A stretch of DNA of 64,000 bases. Source: an uncultured Ignavibacteria bacterium. Lineage in GTDB: Bacteria; Zixibacteria; MSB-5A5; WJJR01; JAJRUJ01. The notes under the pieces are model-generated. The model had not been told where the DNA came from and ran no database searches. It saw only the letters and a program-made list of their open reading frames with translations. The position numbers and the translations under genes are program-made. Every line of letters starts with the position of its first letter. Position 1 is the first letter of the stretch. The stretch is taken from positions 6,977-70,976 of the forward strand of contig CAYWVO010000014.1 of the NCBI GenBank assembly GCA_964461835.1. The letters are read 5' to 3'. Of the stretch, positions 37,947 through 47,827 are shown in pieces.

Positions 37947-39689
37947 ATGTCACCATTTGCTCAAAACGTATCATTGGTGAGGCGAACAATGACCACAACC
38001 AGTGTTGTTCGACTTGGTGATTTATTGGTCAGCCATGGCCGAATTACCGAACACGAACTCTCCCAGGCGCTCAAGCAGCAAAAGGCAACCGGCCGGCGCT
38101 TGGGGGAAATTCTGATTGAGAATGGCACGATTACCGAACATGATCTGGTCGATGTTCTCTCCGAGCGTCTCGGAATTCCCAAGATCGGCATCGAAGGACT
38201 GGTCGCTGATCCGGCAGTTGTTAATATAGTTCCGTTGCGAATTGCCAAGAAATACCGGGTAGTCGCGCTCTTTAAAATCAATGAGAGACTCACTGTCGCG
38301 ATGGCCGACCCGCTGGATATGGTCGCCATCGACGAAATTCGCTATCAGACCGGCCTAACTGTCAATCGCGTGATCGCGGCGCCCTCGGATATCGACGAAG
38401 CCATTGCCACGTTTTACACTGTTGCCGACAATGTCGAGCGGGTCATTCAGGATGTCGCCGCGTCGACGGCCCCAACAATTGAGCGTGGGGACGGCGACGA
38501 TTCGCCCGCCGTTCGGTTGGTGGACGTATTGCTGACCGAGGCAATTCGGCAGCAGGCATCAGATATTCACATCGAACCGGTCGAGGATGCACTCCGGATT
38601 AGATTCCGCATTGACGGGGTACTCCACGAGGAAGCAGAGCCCCCGGCCAATTTGCATGCCGCCATCGCCTCACGCATCAAGGTGTTGGCATCCATGGACG
38701 TCTCGGAAAAACGGATCCCTCAGGACGGCCGTTTCTCCATGGCGCCGGACCAGGACTCGGTAGATCTTCGCGTATCGACCATTCCGACCATCCACGGTGA
38801 GAAAGTTGTCATTCGGGTACTGGGACGCCGCGGACAGAGTCTCGATCTGGATGATCTGGGCTTGGCTGAAAAGCAGCTCGCGATCTTCCGTGAGGAAATC
38901 CAATCCTCTGAGGGCATGATTCTGATCTGTGGGCCGACCTCCAGCGGAAAAACCACTACCTTGTATTCCATCCTCAAACATATAACAACGCCGGAAAAAA
39001 ACATCGTGACCGTGGAAGATCCGGTTGAATACGCGTTAAAAAACATTAACCAGGTGCAGGTCAACGAGAAAGCCGGGCTCACGTTCCCGGTGTGTCTGCG
39101 GGCGTTTTTGCGGCAGAATCCAGATGTGATCATGGTGGGGGAGGTACGTGACAGTCCTACCGCACAGATCGCGATTCGGGCGGCAATGACCGGCCACCTG
39201 GTGCTCTCAACGTTGCATACAATCGACGCCGCCGCCGCGCCTCATCGGCTGATTGACATGGGCGCGGAACGCTATCTGGTCGCCACGGCACTGCGGACAG
39301 TTATTGCTCAGCGTTTAGTGCGTCGGCTGTGCTCCAAATGCGCCGAATCGGTTGTTCCTTCGCAGACGTTACGCGAACAACTGGGTTTCTCGCTCGAGGA
39401 GGAGAGCGGTGAGTGGCGACAGGCTGTGGGGTGTCAGTCTTGTCGCGGTACCGGCTATGACGGACAGGTCGGGATATACGAACTGTACACCGTTGATGAT
39501 GCCGTGCGGACAATGATTGCCGAGGGAATTGGAGCCACACAACTGCGCGACCATCTGCGGGGTCTCCCCCAGTTTTCCGATCTACGAGAGCAATCCCGGG
39601 CATTAGTCACTCAGGGCATCACCACCGCCGAAGAAATCATTCGCGTGGTCCCCCGCCGGGCAGACGTGTGGGAGCATATCGCTGATTAA
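37947..39689 (+). CDS. pilB: Type IV pilus/T2SS assembly ATPase (PilB/GspE family) with an N-terminal MshEN-type domain.
   Basis: Tandem MshEN-like motifs RLGDLLVSHGRITEHEL and LGEILIENGTITEHDL. Walker A GPTSSGKTT. C-terminal tetracysteine CSKC...CQSC. ATG 37947 with GAGGG RBS. Confidence 0.85.
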   Translation: MSPFAQNVSLVRRTMTTTSVVRLGDLLVSHGRITEHELSQALKQQKATGRRLGEILIENGTITEHDLVDVLSERLGIPKIGIEGLVADPAVVNIVPLRIAKKYRVVALFKINERLTVAMADPLDMVAIDEIRYQTGLTVNRVIAAPSDIDEAIATFYTVADNVERVIQDVAASTAPTIERGDGDDSPAVRLVDVLLTEAIRQQASDIHIEPVEDALRIRFRIDGVLHEEAEPPANLHAAIASRIKVLASMDVSEKRIPQDGRFSMAPDQDSVDLRVSTIPTIHGEKVVIRVLGRRGQSLDLDDLGLAEKQLAIFREEIQSSEGMILICGPTSSGKTTTLYSILKHITTPEKNIVTVEDPVEYALKNINQVQVNEKAGLTFPVCLRAFLRQNPDVIMVGEVRDSPTAQIAIRAAMTGHLVLSTLHTIDAAAAPHRLIDMGAERYLVATALRTVIAQRLVRRLCSKCAESVVPSQTLREQLGFSLEEESGEWRQAVGCQSCRGTGYDGQVGIYELYTVDDAVRTMIAEGIGATQLRDHLRGLPQFSDLREQSRALVTQGITTAEEIIRVVPRRADVWEHIAD

Positions 39690-39720
39690 TAGTAACTCTT
39701 TCACTCCCTGAGGATTCCTG

Positions 39721-40932
39721 ATGCCAACCTTCAAATTTGAAGCCGCGGACAGCCAGGGAGTTCGCTCACGAGGGCACCTTTCCGCGGCGACTCATGATGC
39801 GGCCGGGGCAATCCTCCAGCGACAGGGAATGATTCCACTTACTCTCAAGCCGGTGAGTGAGGGGATCAAATGGTGGCCATTGAATGCCAGAGGCCCCCGG
39901 TGGTCACTGGAAAACAAAATTCTGTTTACGCGGAAGTTTGGCTCTCTCTTGCGCGCCGGAATCCCCTTGCTGACGCTGCTGGATATGATTGCGCGCCAGA
40001 TGCGTGCACCACAGATCTCAGTGGCCCTCCACACAGTCCGCGATCGCATTGCGGGTGGCGAACCGCTGGCCGAAGCCCTGGCTGCCTACCCTACCCTGTT
40101 CGACCCGGTCTATCTCGGTGCGGTGAAAGCGGGAGAAGCTACCGGCAGGCTCGATACCGTCCTGGAGCATACTGCTGCTTATCTGGAACGGGAACTGGAA
40201 ACGCGTCGCCGCATCAAAGAAGCGATTCGGTATCCGATCATGGTCATTATCGCGCTGATTGCGGCTGCAATTATCGTGCTGCGCTTCGTCGTCCCCAAAT
40301 TTGCCGGTTTTTACAATAATTATGGGGGCGAATTGCCAGTACCGACTCAGATGCTCATGTTTGCGGCGGATTTAGTCGGTCGCCTGTGGTGGTTGTCCAT
40401 ACCGGTCGCTGCACTCGTAGGCCTTGTAGTCTGGTGGTTACATGGGACGGAACCTGGTCGGGTCTGGCGGGATCGTCAACTATTGCGACTACCCTTAATT
40501 GGTGTCTTGTTCATCAAAGTGGCGGTCAGCCGTTTTGCCCGGCTTTTTGGGGTCCTCTTTTCAGCGGGTCTCCCGACAACGGAGGCGCTTAACACAACCA
40601 CCGCCGGTGTTGGCAATCGCACGATTGCCGCCGAGGTCGCCGCTCTGGGCCGACACATTACCGGTGGGGGATTAATTACCGGCTCCCCCCCGGGGTCGGT
40701 GATGCCTGACCTCGTCTACCAAATGATTTCAATCGGGTTTGAGTCCGGTGACGTCGATGGCATGTTGAGCGAGGTCGCCCGGCACTATGAGCAGGAAATT
40801 GATTACGATGTACGGAACTTGACCGACCGTCTGCAACCAATACTCTTAGTCTTTCTCGCTACCGGTGTCCTAGGGCTGGCGCTCTCGGTCCTGTTGCCGC
40901 TCTGGAATCTGATGAGCATCTTCCGTGGTTAG
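39721..40932 (+). CDS. pilC: Type IV pilus/T2SS platform protein (PilC/GspF).
   Basis: 403 aa; duplicated GspF domains; 3 TM. Confidence 0.85.
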   Translation: MPTFKFEAADSQGVRSRGHLSAATHDAAGAILQRQGMIPLTLKPVSEGIKWWPLNARGPRWSLENKILFTRKFGSLLRAGIPLLTLLDMIARQMRAPQISVALHTVRDRIAGGEPLAEALAAYPTLFDPVYLGAVKAGEATGRLDTVLEHTAAYLERELETRRRIKEAIRYPIMVIIALIAAAIIVLRFVVPKFAGFYNNYGGELPVPTQMLMFAADLVGRLWWLSIPVAALVGLVVWWLHGTEPGRVWRDRQLLRLPLIGVLFIKVAVSRFARLFGVLFSAGLPTTEALNTTTAGVGNRTIAAEVAALGRHITGGGLITGSPPGSVMPDLVYQMISIGFESGDVDGMLSEVARHYEQEIDYDVRNLTDRLQPILLVFLATGVLGLALSVLLPLWNLMSIFRG

Positions 40933-41057
40933 CTCCGTTAGCGCTTACCGTTCAGCGGTGCCACCCGATAAGATTTTTTTCGACCTGACCGATAATAGAA
41001 ATGACCTTAGCCGGTCGAGTGGTGGAGGATAGTAAACTTTTAACAGGAGTGATCCGC

Positions 41058-41495
41058 ATGCGTCAAGTTCGTGGGTTAATGCGCAACCCTGCCGGTTTTA
41101 CGCTGATCGAGCTGGTGATCATCATCGTGGTTCTGGGAATTTTGGCCGCGGTGGCGATCCCGAAATACTTCGACATGGTGAGCGATGCCAAAGAATCGGC
41201 CTGTCGTGGCGCATTGGGGGGCCTGCGCTCAGCGGTATCAATCTGGTATGCCAAAGAAGCCTTGGAGACGGGAACGGCAAGTTGGCCGCCGATTGACTCG
41301 CTGCAGACTGTCGGGATTGTCATGGAACAAAGCATTCCGCCCAATCCGTACCAGTCCGATGACAGCGCGCCGGATTCGATTGTCACCGGCGTGACCAAAG
41401 GTACGACAGTCGGTAGCCGGGGCGGCTGGGCCTACAACCCGTCGACCGGTGAGATCTGGCCGAACACCTCGGTTGCCGGTGAGAACAACTGGTAA
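41058..41495 (+). CDS. Type IV pilin (major pilin candidate).
   Basis: Prepilin N-methylation motif GFTLIELVIIIVVLGILAA. 146 aa. ATG 41058 with AGGAG RBS. Confidence 0.8.
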   Translation: MRQVRGLMRNPAGFTLIELVIIIVVLGILAAVAIPKYFDMVSDAKESACRGALGGLRSAVSIWYAKEALETGTASWPPIDSLQTVGIVMEQSIPPNPYQSDDSAPDSIVTGVTKGTTVGSRGGWAYNPSTGEIWPNTSVAGENNW

Positions 41496-41613
41496 TTGCA
41501 GGTCGACCGAGACGGACGGATTTTCTTTGGAACGTACCGGGTTCAGTAGCGACAATGAGCCCGTCTTTCGTCCCACCATCTTCCCCAGGTGGATCGGCTG
41601 GAGAGGTGTCGGC

Positions 41614-42057
41614 ATGTTCGGGATGAGCCATCGCCATCTTTGCTCGCGCCATGGCTTCACGCTGATTGAGCTGGTCATGGTCATCCTGGTACTGGGAATT
41701 CTTTCCGCGGTTGCCATTCCCGTGATTGGATCATTGTTCGGATCATCAGAAGTAACGGTCACGCGGGAGGAGATGCGGCGGTTGGCAGTCGCAATCAGCG
41801 GCTCGGATCCAACTCGAGACCGCGGGTACGAGGGTGATGTTGGCTACCTGCCGGGATCGCTGGCGGATCTGGTAAGTAAACCGGATTCGGTCGCGGCCTG
41901 GAACGCCTATCAACATGTCGGTTGGAATGGACCCTATATCGATGGGGCCGATAGTGAATACCTAACTGACGCCTGGGGCACGGCTTATATCTATAATCCC
42001 TCGGCGCGGACTATCGCCAGCGTCGGTTCGGGAGATACGATTACCATTACGTTTTAG
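41614..42057 (+). CDS. Pilin/pseudopilin-like protein.
   Basis: HGFTLIELVMVILVLGILSAVAIP class III signal. GGAGAGG RBS. Confidence 0.75.
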   Translation: MFGMSHRHLCSRHGFTLIELVMVILVLGILSAVAIPVIGSLFGSSEVTVTREEMRRLAVAISGSDPTRDRGYEGDVGYLPGSLADLVSKPDSVAAWNAYQHVGWNGPYIDGADSEYLTDAWGTAYIYNPSARTIASVGSGDTITITF

Positions 42058-42065
42058 GCGGGAGC

Positions 42066-43235
42066 GTGAAGGCATTGCGGTACAGACCCACGGACGTCGG
42101 CGACGGATTCACCCTGATCGAAATCCTGATGGTGGTTGTAATCCTGGGAATCCTCGCAACGGTGGCCCTACGCTCTGTGCAGTCCACAATTGAGAGTTCA
42201 CGCGTGTCGGAAACGCAAAAGGAAATGGAACACCTTTCGCACGCTATCGCCGGGAATCCAAATCTCTACAACAACGGCATGCGTTCCGATTTCGGATATG
42301 TCGGCGACGTCGGTGCGGTACCTGCCATTCTCGACGATTTGTTGAGCAATCCCGGCGGCTATGCCACGTGGGACGGTCCGTACGTTTCCGGCCGGTTCAC
42401 CGAGGATGCCGCCGGCTTCAAGACAGACGCCTGGGGTAACGCATATTCTTTCACCAACGGTATCACCATCTCGTCAACTGGTGGTGGCTCAACCCCCCTC
42501 ACCACCTCTGTCGCCTCGGCCGCCAGCGATCTCACAGCAAATCCGGTCGCTGGTTCGCTTACCGATGCCGCAGGCAATCCACCGGGCGATTCGGCGGTCG
42601 CTATTGATGTGATCATCGATTACCCCGACGGGGTCGGGAGTATGACTTCCTCAACCGTCAATCCTAATTCCGGTGGGGGATTCACATTCTCCGGTATCCC
42701 AATCGGCAATCATCTGGTGCGGGCGATCTATCGGGCAACCGATGATACGGTAACTGCTTACACCTCCGTGCTGCCGCGGACCGGCAGTACGTTGACGTTG
42801 CGTCTACCGGGAGACCCGTTTGCTGGAGGGGGCGGAGGCGGGGGCGGCGGCACACCAGGTTCTATTGAATACGTGGAGGGATCAGCCGCTACCACTGGGA
42901 TATTCAATGACGACGTGGAGTTTGATATCATCAACCCCGGCGATGAGGAAGTGACGATCACCTGGCTGATCGCAGAATTCAGCCCCACTGCCTACTTCCA
43001 GCGTATCCGGTGGGGCGGCGCAAATGTTTTCAATGAATCTAATCCCAAGGCGGCCAGCGGCGATACCTGTGTATTCACCTCACCGCAAGCGCTTGGCGCC
43101 GGGTCCTCAGTGGAGATTGATTTGGAGGATTTTCGCGACAGTCCGGTCGGCGGTTGGGGGGTCGATATGTCGAACACCGATTTCACGATCACCTTTTCCG
43201 ATGGATCGGCCATCACTTTCAATAGCGGAACATAA
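42066..43235 (+). CDS. Large pilin-like protein (minor pilin or tip-associated).
   Basis: DGFTLIEILMVVVILGILATVAL N-terminus; Gly-rich linker GGGGGGGG; ~250-aa C-terminal domain. GTG start. Confidence 0.7.
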   Translation: MKALRYRPTDVGDGFTLIEILMVVVILGILATVALRSVQSTIESSRVSETQKEMEHLSHAIAGNPNLYNNGMRSDFGYVGDVGAVPAILDDLLSNPGGYATWDGPYVSGRFTEDAAGFKTDAWGNAYSFTNGITISSTGGGSTPLTTSVASAASDLTANPVAGSLTDAAGNPPGDSAVAIDVIIDYPDGVGSMTSSTVNPNSGGGFTFSGIPIGNHLVRAIYRATDDTVTAYTSVLPRTGSTLTLRLPGDPFAGGGGGGGGGTPGSIEYVEGSAATTGIFNDDVEFDIINPGDEEVTITWLIAEFSPTAYFQRIRWGGANVFNESNPKAASGDTCVFTSPQALGAGSSVEIDLEDFRDSPVGGWGVDMSNTDFTITFSDGSAITFNSGT

Positions 43236-43271
43236 GAAAGCATAATGGAATTTCATTCAGAGTAACGTACC

Positions 43272-44966
43272 ATGGCGGCCGAATCGAATGAACTTTTGCG
43301 GGTTGAACGGACCGAGTCCGCGAAGCCACCGGTAATCGACTCGACGGCTGATGTGGGTCCGGACAATTTCGTCCTCGACCAGGAACCGGAGCAGACTGAG
43401 CCGACACAGCGGATTCGCTGGCAGGATAATCACCGCAAGCGCTTGGCAAGTATCGGCATTGAGTTCGATGGACAGCGCTTGACCGTGGTCGGGTTGTACG
43501 GACGAGGCAGGAAAAAGCGATTCGGCCGGCTGGCCAGGTGTGAATGGCCAAAGACTCCCTCACGAGATGCCCTGATTTCCCAACTGCGCGGATTCATGCT
43601 CAATCAGCATACGCCCATTCATCTGGTTTTAAGTACCCCGCGGGGTATCGTCCGACGGTATCTCATCCCCCAACTGCCACGAGCGAAGCGGCGACAGGCG
43701 GCAATCTGGGAGGGCAAACAACTGGTGCCGTTCCCGCTCGATTATGAGCACGCACTCTTTGGCTTTCATTTTCAGAATGTCGCGAGAAAACAGTGCCAAG
43801 TAACTTTGGTGGCACTGCCTCGGAGTGACGCGGGGGGCATCATTGAGGCTCTCCTCCGGATTGGTATTCCCATTAACAGCATTGTTCTCTCCGGCACGCA
43901 AAATCCTCCCCGATACGAACGGGGAGGCTTAAGCCACCCAGAGGGTATCGATGCCGTCGTCCTTTGTTCACCCAGCCGGGCAGCCTTTGTCGCTTTTGCC
44001 GGGGACAATATCACGTTTCACTATGACCTCGGCGCCCTGCCGGTGCAGACCGGGAGCATTGCCGGGACGCAACCACAACCGAGTGATAATGCCTTTTCCT
44101 GGATCTTTGAATTACGGCCAATGATTTCCGATGCGCTTGATTTTTTCACCAGCAGCCATCCCAACGTGACGTTGACCCATTTGCATGTCGTGGGGATGGA
44201 CGAATCACTGGCTCCACATCTTACCGAGTTAGCGGAACGATTTACCGAAGGAATCGAAGTCGTAAATCCACTCCTGGATTTTTCCGCATCGCTCCCCGAT
44301 GATTTTCAAGAATGGATTCGAAAGAACATCGGCGCATTTACGCCGGCGTCACTCGCCGCCGCCGGGCGTCCGGCGATTGATCTGTCGCCATCACACCTCC
44401 GGTGCGATCGGTGGAATCTACGGTTGATTAAGTATGCTCGCACGGCGTTTATCGTCTCACTGGCCGTGATCGCAGCGGTTACCGGTCTGCTGGTGCAACA
44501 TCTTCTGGCCAGGCAGCAGGCGGTTGACTTGGCTCGACGTGAACTCCACCAATTGCAAAACTCACCACCGGTTCAAAACGTGACCGGCGCGATGACCAGC
44601 CTGATTGAGTATCAGGCATTTGCGTCATCTCTTGATGAACGGCCAGAACGATGGATGCCCTGGCTAAAAACCATGTTTGCCACTATGCCACTTAATTGCC
44701 GTCTGGATCTTCTGACTGTCGAGCCGACTCCCGTGCCAGATGCCGAGGCAGCCCTGAGAATTCGCCTGGCCGGATCATTAAGTCCCGAGAGCACACCGCA
44801 CGCGGTCAACTATCATTCCTGGTTGACCGATCTTGAGCGATTGGCCGGCCCAGGGAATGTTGAGTTGGCGGACGAACGTCGCATCAACTGGAAAGGGCGA
44901 ACCCGTTCAGCGTTTACCATTATTCTGACTCCACCACGCAGTCGGGTACTGGGGGAGAACCGATGA
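43272..44966 (+). CDS. pilM: PilM-like actin-fold ATPase fused to a PilN-like TM/coiled-coil segment.
   Basis: Position in the cluster plus a single TM (FIVSLAVIAAVTGLL) followed by a periplasmic segment at the C-terminus. 564 aa, longer than PilM alone. Confidence 0.6.
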   Translation: MAAESNELLRVERTESAKPPVIDSTADVGPDNFVLDQEPEQTEPTQRIRWQDNHRKRLASIGIEFDGQRLTVVGLYGRGRKKRFGRLARCEWPKTPSRDALISQLRGFMLNQHTPIHLVLSTPRGIVRRYLIPQLPRAKRRQAAIWEGKQLVPFPLDYEHALFGFHFQNVARKQCQVTLVALPRSDAGGIIEALLRIGIPINSIVLSGTQNPPRYERGGLSHPEGIDAVVLCSPSRAAFVAFAGDNITFHYDLGALPVQTGSIAGTQPQPSDNAFSWIFELRPMISDALDFFTSSHPNVTLTHLHVVGMDESLAPHLTELAERFTEGIEVVNPLLDFSASLPDDFQEWIRKNIGAFTPASLAAAGRPAIDLSPSHLRCDRWNLRLIKYARTAFIVSLAVIAAVTGLLVQHLLARQQAVDLARRELHQLQNSPPVQNVTGAMTSLIEYQAFASSLDERPERWMPWLKTMFATMPLNCRLDLLTVEPTPVPDAEAALRIRLAGSLSPESTPHAVNYHSWLTDLERLAGPGNVELADERRINWKGRTRSAFTIILTPPRSRVLGENR

Positions 44967-45541
44967 GACGACCATCCGCCTGGCTCATCTGGACCGGTGC
45001 CGCGCTGGCCGTGTGGATCATCTGGGGATTGCTAATAGCAATGACTGTGCAACGCTCGCTTTCGGACCTTGCGCAGGAACGTGATACACTCAAGAGCGAA
45101 ACCGCCAAAGCCACGGCATTGCTCGCCAACGCGCCCCTGGTTGCCCGACGTCTGGATTCTCTCGGCACATCCCTGCAGAAGACGACGCAACGATTCTACT
45201 CTCTCGAAGAACTGCGGCAATTGGAAGCAGCGGTACAACGGCCAGCGAATGATCATGACATAGCCGAGACTTCGGTTGAGTTGGAATTAAACTCAGTTCT
45301 TGATTTGCAGCAATCCCCTCCGGGCGACATTCCCCGGATCGACACGGTGGGTATCAACGTTTCCGCCCATGGCGACTTTCAGGCAATCGGCCGGTGGCTG
45401 GATGATATCGAGCAACGTGTCGATTTCACACAATGGAGGGGCGCCCGCTGGGAAAATGGAAACAAGGTGAACATGGTGACTTTTGCCGGCATTGCGGCCT
45501 TCCGGATTGCAGTCAATCGCTGGGATGCGGCGGAAAGATGA
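44963..45541 (+). CDS. pilO: PilO-like/GspM-like inner-membrane pilus assembly protein.
   Basis: Single N-terminal TM, coiled-coil, periplasmic domain. ATGA overlap with the upstream gene. Confidence 0.6.
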   Translation: MRRPSAWLIWTGAALAVWIIWGLLIAMTVQRSLSDLAQERDTLKSETAKATALLANAPLVARRLDSLGTSLQKTTQRFYSLEELRQLEAAVQRPANDHDIAETSVELELNSVLDLQQSPPGDIPRIDTVGINVSAHGDFQAIGRWLDDIEQRVDFTQWRGARWENGNKVNMVTFAGIAAFRIAVNRWDAAER

Positions 45542-45554
45542 CCGGATAAGAACG

Positions 45555-46049
45555 ATGAACGAACCCACCCGAAAAAAAGTGCTTTTTGTCGTGTTGATCG
45601 CCGCCGTGATGTTTGCGCTGGTCATGCAGCCCTGGAAGAGCGATCCTCCCCAACGCAGCGAACCTGAAGCCGATGGGTCTTTAACCCCATCAGCACCCGC
45701 GGCCGTGGCAACTATGGTCCAACCGCCGCAACGGGTATCCACCGGAGATCATCCGCACATCGAATTTTCGCACACCTGGCCGGAAAATCCATTCAATGAC
45801 CCATTTGCCGACGAGAGCCTTGCGGCGGTATCAACTGTCCCTTCGCTCGGCGAAGACCTGCAATTACAAGGAATTTTGTCCACCAACGGGCAGCGGGTAT
45901 GTGTGATCAACGGTCAAACCTATGAAACCGCCATGACGGTTCAGGGATGGCGCATTGTGGAGATACAAAACTCCGCTGTCCTGCTGCAACGCAAAGGCAA
46001 CACCCGGAAGATGGTGCTCCCTGAACCAGAGACGGGGCAGGAAAGTTGA
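45555..46049 (+). CDS. pilP: PilP-like lipoprotein/pilot.
   Basis: N-terminal TM/signal. C-terminal beta domain LQGILSTNGQRVCVINGQTYETAMTVQGWRIVEI, typical of PilP/GspC homology regions. Confidence 0.6.
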   Translation: MNEPTRKKVLFVVLIAAVMFALVMQPWKSDPPQRSEPEADGSLTPSAPAAVATMVQPPQRVSTGDHPHIEFSHTWPENPFNDPFADESLAAVSTVPSLGEDLQLQGILSTNGQRVCVINGQTYETAMTVQGWRIVEIQNSAVLLQRKGNTRKMVLPEPETGQES

Positions 46050-46050
46050 G

Positions 46051-47355
46051 ATGAAACTACGACACCGGATATCGACACTCTTTCTCGGCTTGGCGATTTT
46101 GCTCGGGATTTTATTGGCGTCATTCGCCAAAGCAAAACCGCCGCCCCAGGAGGTAACCATCCACTTCGCTCAGACTGAGATAGCAACGATCATCGTCTCC
46201 CTCGCTGCCACGGTCGGTTTTGACGTGGTCATCGGCACGGGTGTTGATGGCATCATTGATATCAATTTGACGGACGTTGACTGGCAAACTGCGCTCGACG
46301 CGCTGGCCTCAGCCAATGGTCTTGCCTACCGCTGGGAAGCAAACGTGCTTGTCGTGGTCTCGGCAGACAATCGGAACCGGGGAGATATTGAGCACCATGT
46401 TGTCGAGTTGGAACACGCCGATCCGCTCGCAATCCAACAAGCACTAACTAAGGTCCTCTCCTCGCGCGGAAGCGTGGAACTGCTCGGTGGACAGCCAAGC
46501 GCCGCGATCGAGGGTCAAAAACCAGCGGCACGACTGATTATCAGCGAAGTGCGACATCATCTGCCGGCAGTCCTGGCGGTGATCGACGATCTCGATGTCA
46601 GGCGTCCGCAGTTTGAGATTACCGTTAAGTTCATCGAAACAGACTTAGACGAGCAGGAGGGCTTGGGAATAAACTGGCCCACTCGCTTGACTGCCAACCT
46701 TGCCGATTACGAAAATCTCGATGGGACCACGAGCGATCAGAATCAACCAACACCTGCAGCAGAATACAATATTCCCGATGGGAAAATCTGGAAATTGGGG
46801 ACACTGTCGATTAATCAACTGACCGGGTTCATTGAATTTCTTGAACAGGACGGCAATTCGCGTTTGTTGTCCGATCCTCGGGTCACCGTGCTGGAGAACG
46901 AGACCGCCAATATGCGGGTCACCACTACTTTCCCGATTCAAACCGTGACACGGTTTACGGAAGGCGCCATCATCCAGGACATTGTGGATTTTCAGGACCT
47001 GGAAGTCGGGATTACTCTGTCAGTAACTCCCCGGCTCAATGATTCGACCACGATCACCCTGGATGTAGAGCCGGTAATCGAGGAAATCACCGGGTTCACC
47101 GGCCCAACCGACAACCAGCGTCCAATTCGTGCCCGGCGAACCGTAAAAACCACGGTGCGGGTCGAGAACGAGGAGACCATCGTTCTGGGTGGATTGGTGC
47201 GTGAGACACAGTTTCAAACACATTCTGGGATCTGGTTGCTCAAGGATATCCCACTCCTGGGTTCCGTATTTTCCCACACCAAGACCGAGAAAAAGAAGAC
47301 CGATCTGCTTATTTTCATCACCCCACGCATTGTCGCAGAATTCGCAGGCAGTTGA
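46051..47355 (+). CDS. pilQ: Secretin (PilQ/GspD family).
   Basis: Signal peptide, N-domains, and C-terminal secretin core ending LLIFITPRIV. AGGAAAG RBS. Confidence 0.85.
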   Translation: MKLRHRISTLFLGLAILLGILLASFAKAKPPPQEVTIHFAQTEIATIIVSLAATVGFDVVIGTGVDGIIDINLTDVDWQTALDALASANGLAYRWEANVLVVVSADNRNRGDIEHHVVELEHADPLAIQQALTKVLSSRGSVELLGGQPSAAIEGQKPAARLIISEVRHHLPAVLAVIDDLDVRRPQFEITVKFIETDLDEQEGLGINWPTRLTANLADYENLDGTTSDQNQPTPAAEYNIPDGKIWKLGTLSINQLTGFIEFLEQDGNSRLLSDPRVTVLENETANMRVTTTFPIQTVTRFTEGAIIQDIVDFQDLEVGITLSVTPRLNDSTTITLDVEPVIEEITGFTGPTDNQRPIRARRTVKTTVRVENEETIVLGGLVRETQFQTHSGIWLLKDIPLLGSVFSHTKTEKKKTDLLIFITPRIVAEFAGS

Positions 47356-47438
47356 CATTCACATGGCTGCAGAATGACAAACCAACCACCCCACCTGCCG
47401 TATCATCTCAAGCAATTGAACGACTTAGAGGAGGCAGC

Positions 47439-47765
47439 ATGCTGGTAATTTCGGAGAAGGCCGGCGAGGAAATCGCCAAAGTGCTTGATCAGGAACAGTA
47501 TAAGGATAAACACCTTGTGCTGTACTTCCAGGGTGCCGGTTGAAGCGGCCCCCAGTTGGGGATGACTCTGTATGAGTCAACGGAGGGCCTGGAAAAATAT
47601 GAATCCGCCGGAATTGAGGCCTACATGGACCCGCGAGTTTATGCGGAACTGGGAAAACTCGGAGACATCAACGTGGATTTCGTCACGAATCAATTCGGCC
47701 AAAGCGGCTTTAAAATTGCTGTAGGTAACGGCGATTGCGCGGACAGCGGCTGTCGCGGCTGCTAA
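47439..47765 (+). CDS. HesB/IscA-like Fe-S assembly protein with in-frame TGA (47542-47544): probable selenoprotein.
   Basis: Two adjacent same-frame ORFs (47352-47543 and 47556-47765) are joined by a single TGA. The read-through product ...KHLVLYFQGAG-U-SGPQLGMTLYE...GDCADSGCRGC places the UGA at the invariant first Cys of the IscA GCSG motif. The C-terminal CxxxC-x-C is retained. GGAGG RBS before ATG 47439. Hairpins lie immediately 3' of the UGA. Confidence 0.75.
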
Positions 47766-47789
47766 CCGTCCAATTTGAAGCGAATTCTA

Positions 47790-47812
47790 AGCCCCTCCGG
47801 TGAGGGGCTTTT
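47790..47812 (+). terminator. Intrinsic terminator.
   Basis: GCCCCTC-CGGT-GAGGGGC followed by TTTTT. Confidence 0.7.
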
Positions 47813-47827
47813 TCATAGGAGATCTTC

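Noticed and set aside
45483-45554. Upstream extension of pilP overlapping pilO.
   Set aside because: The internal ATG at 45555 immediately precedes the hydrophobic signal/TM. The extension overlaps pilO in another frame.
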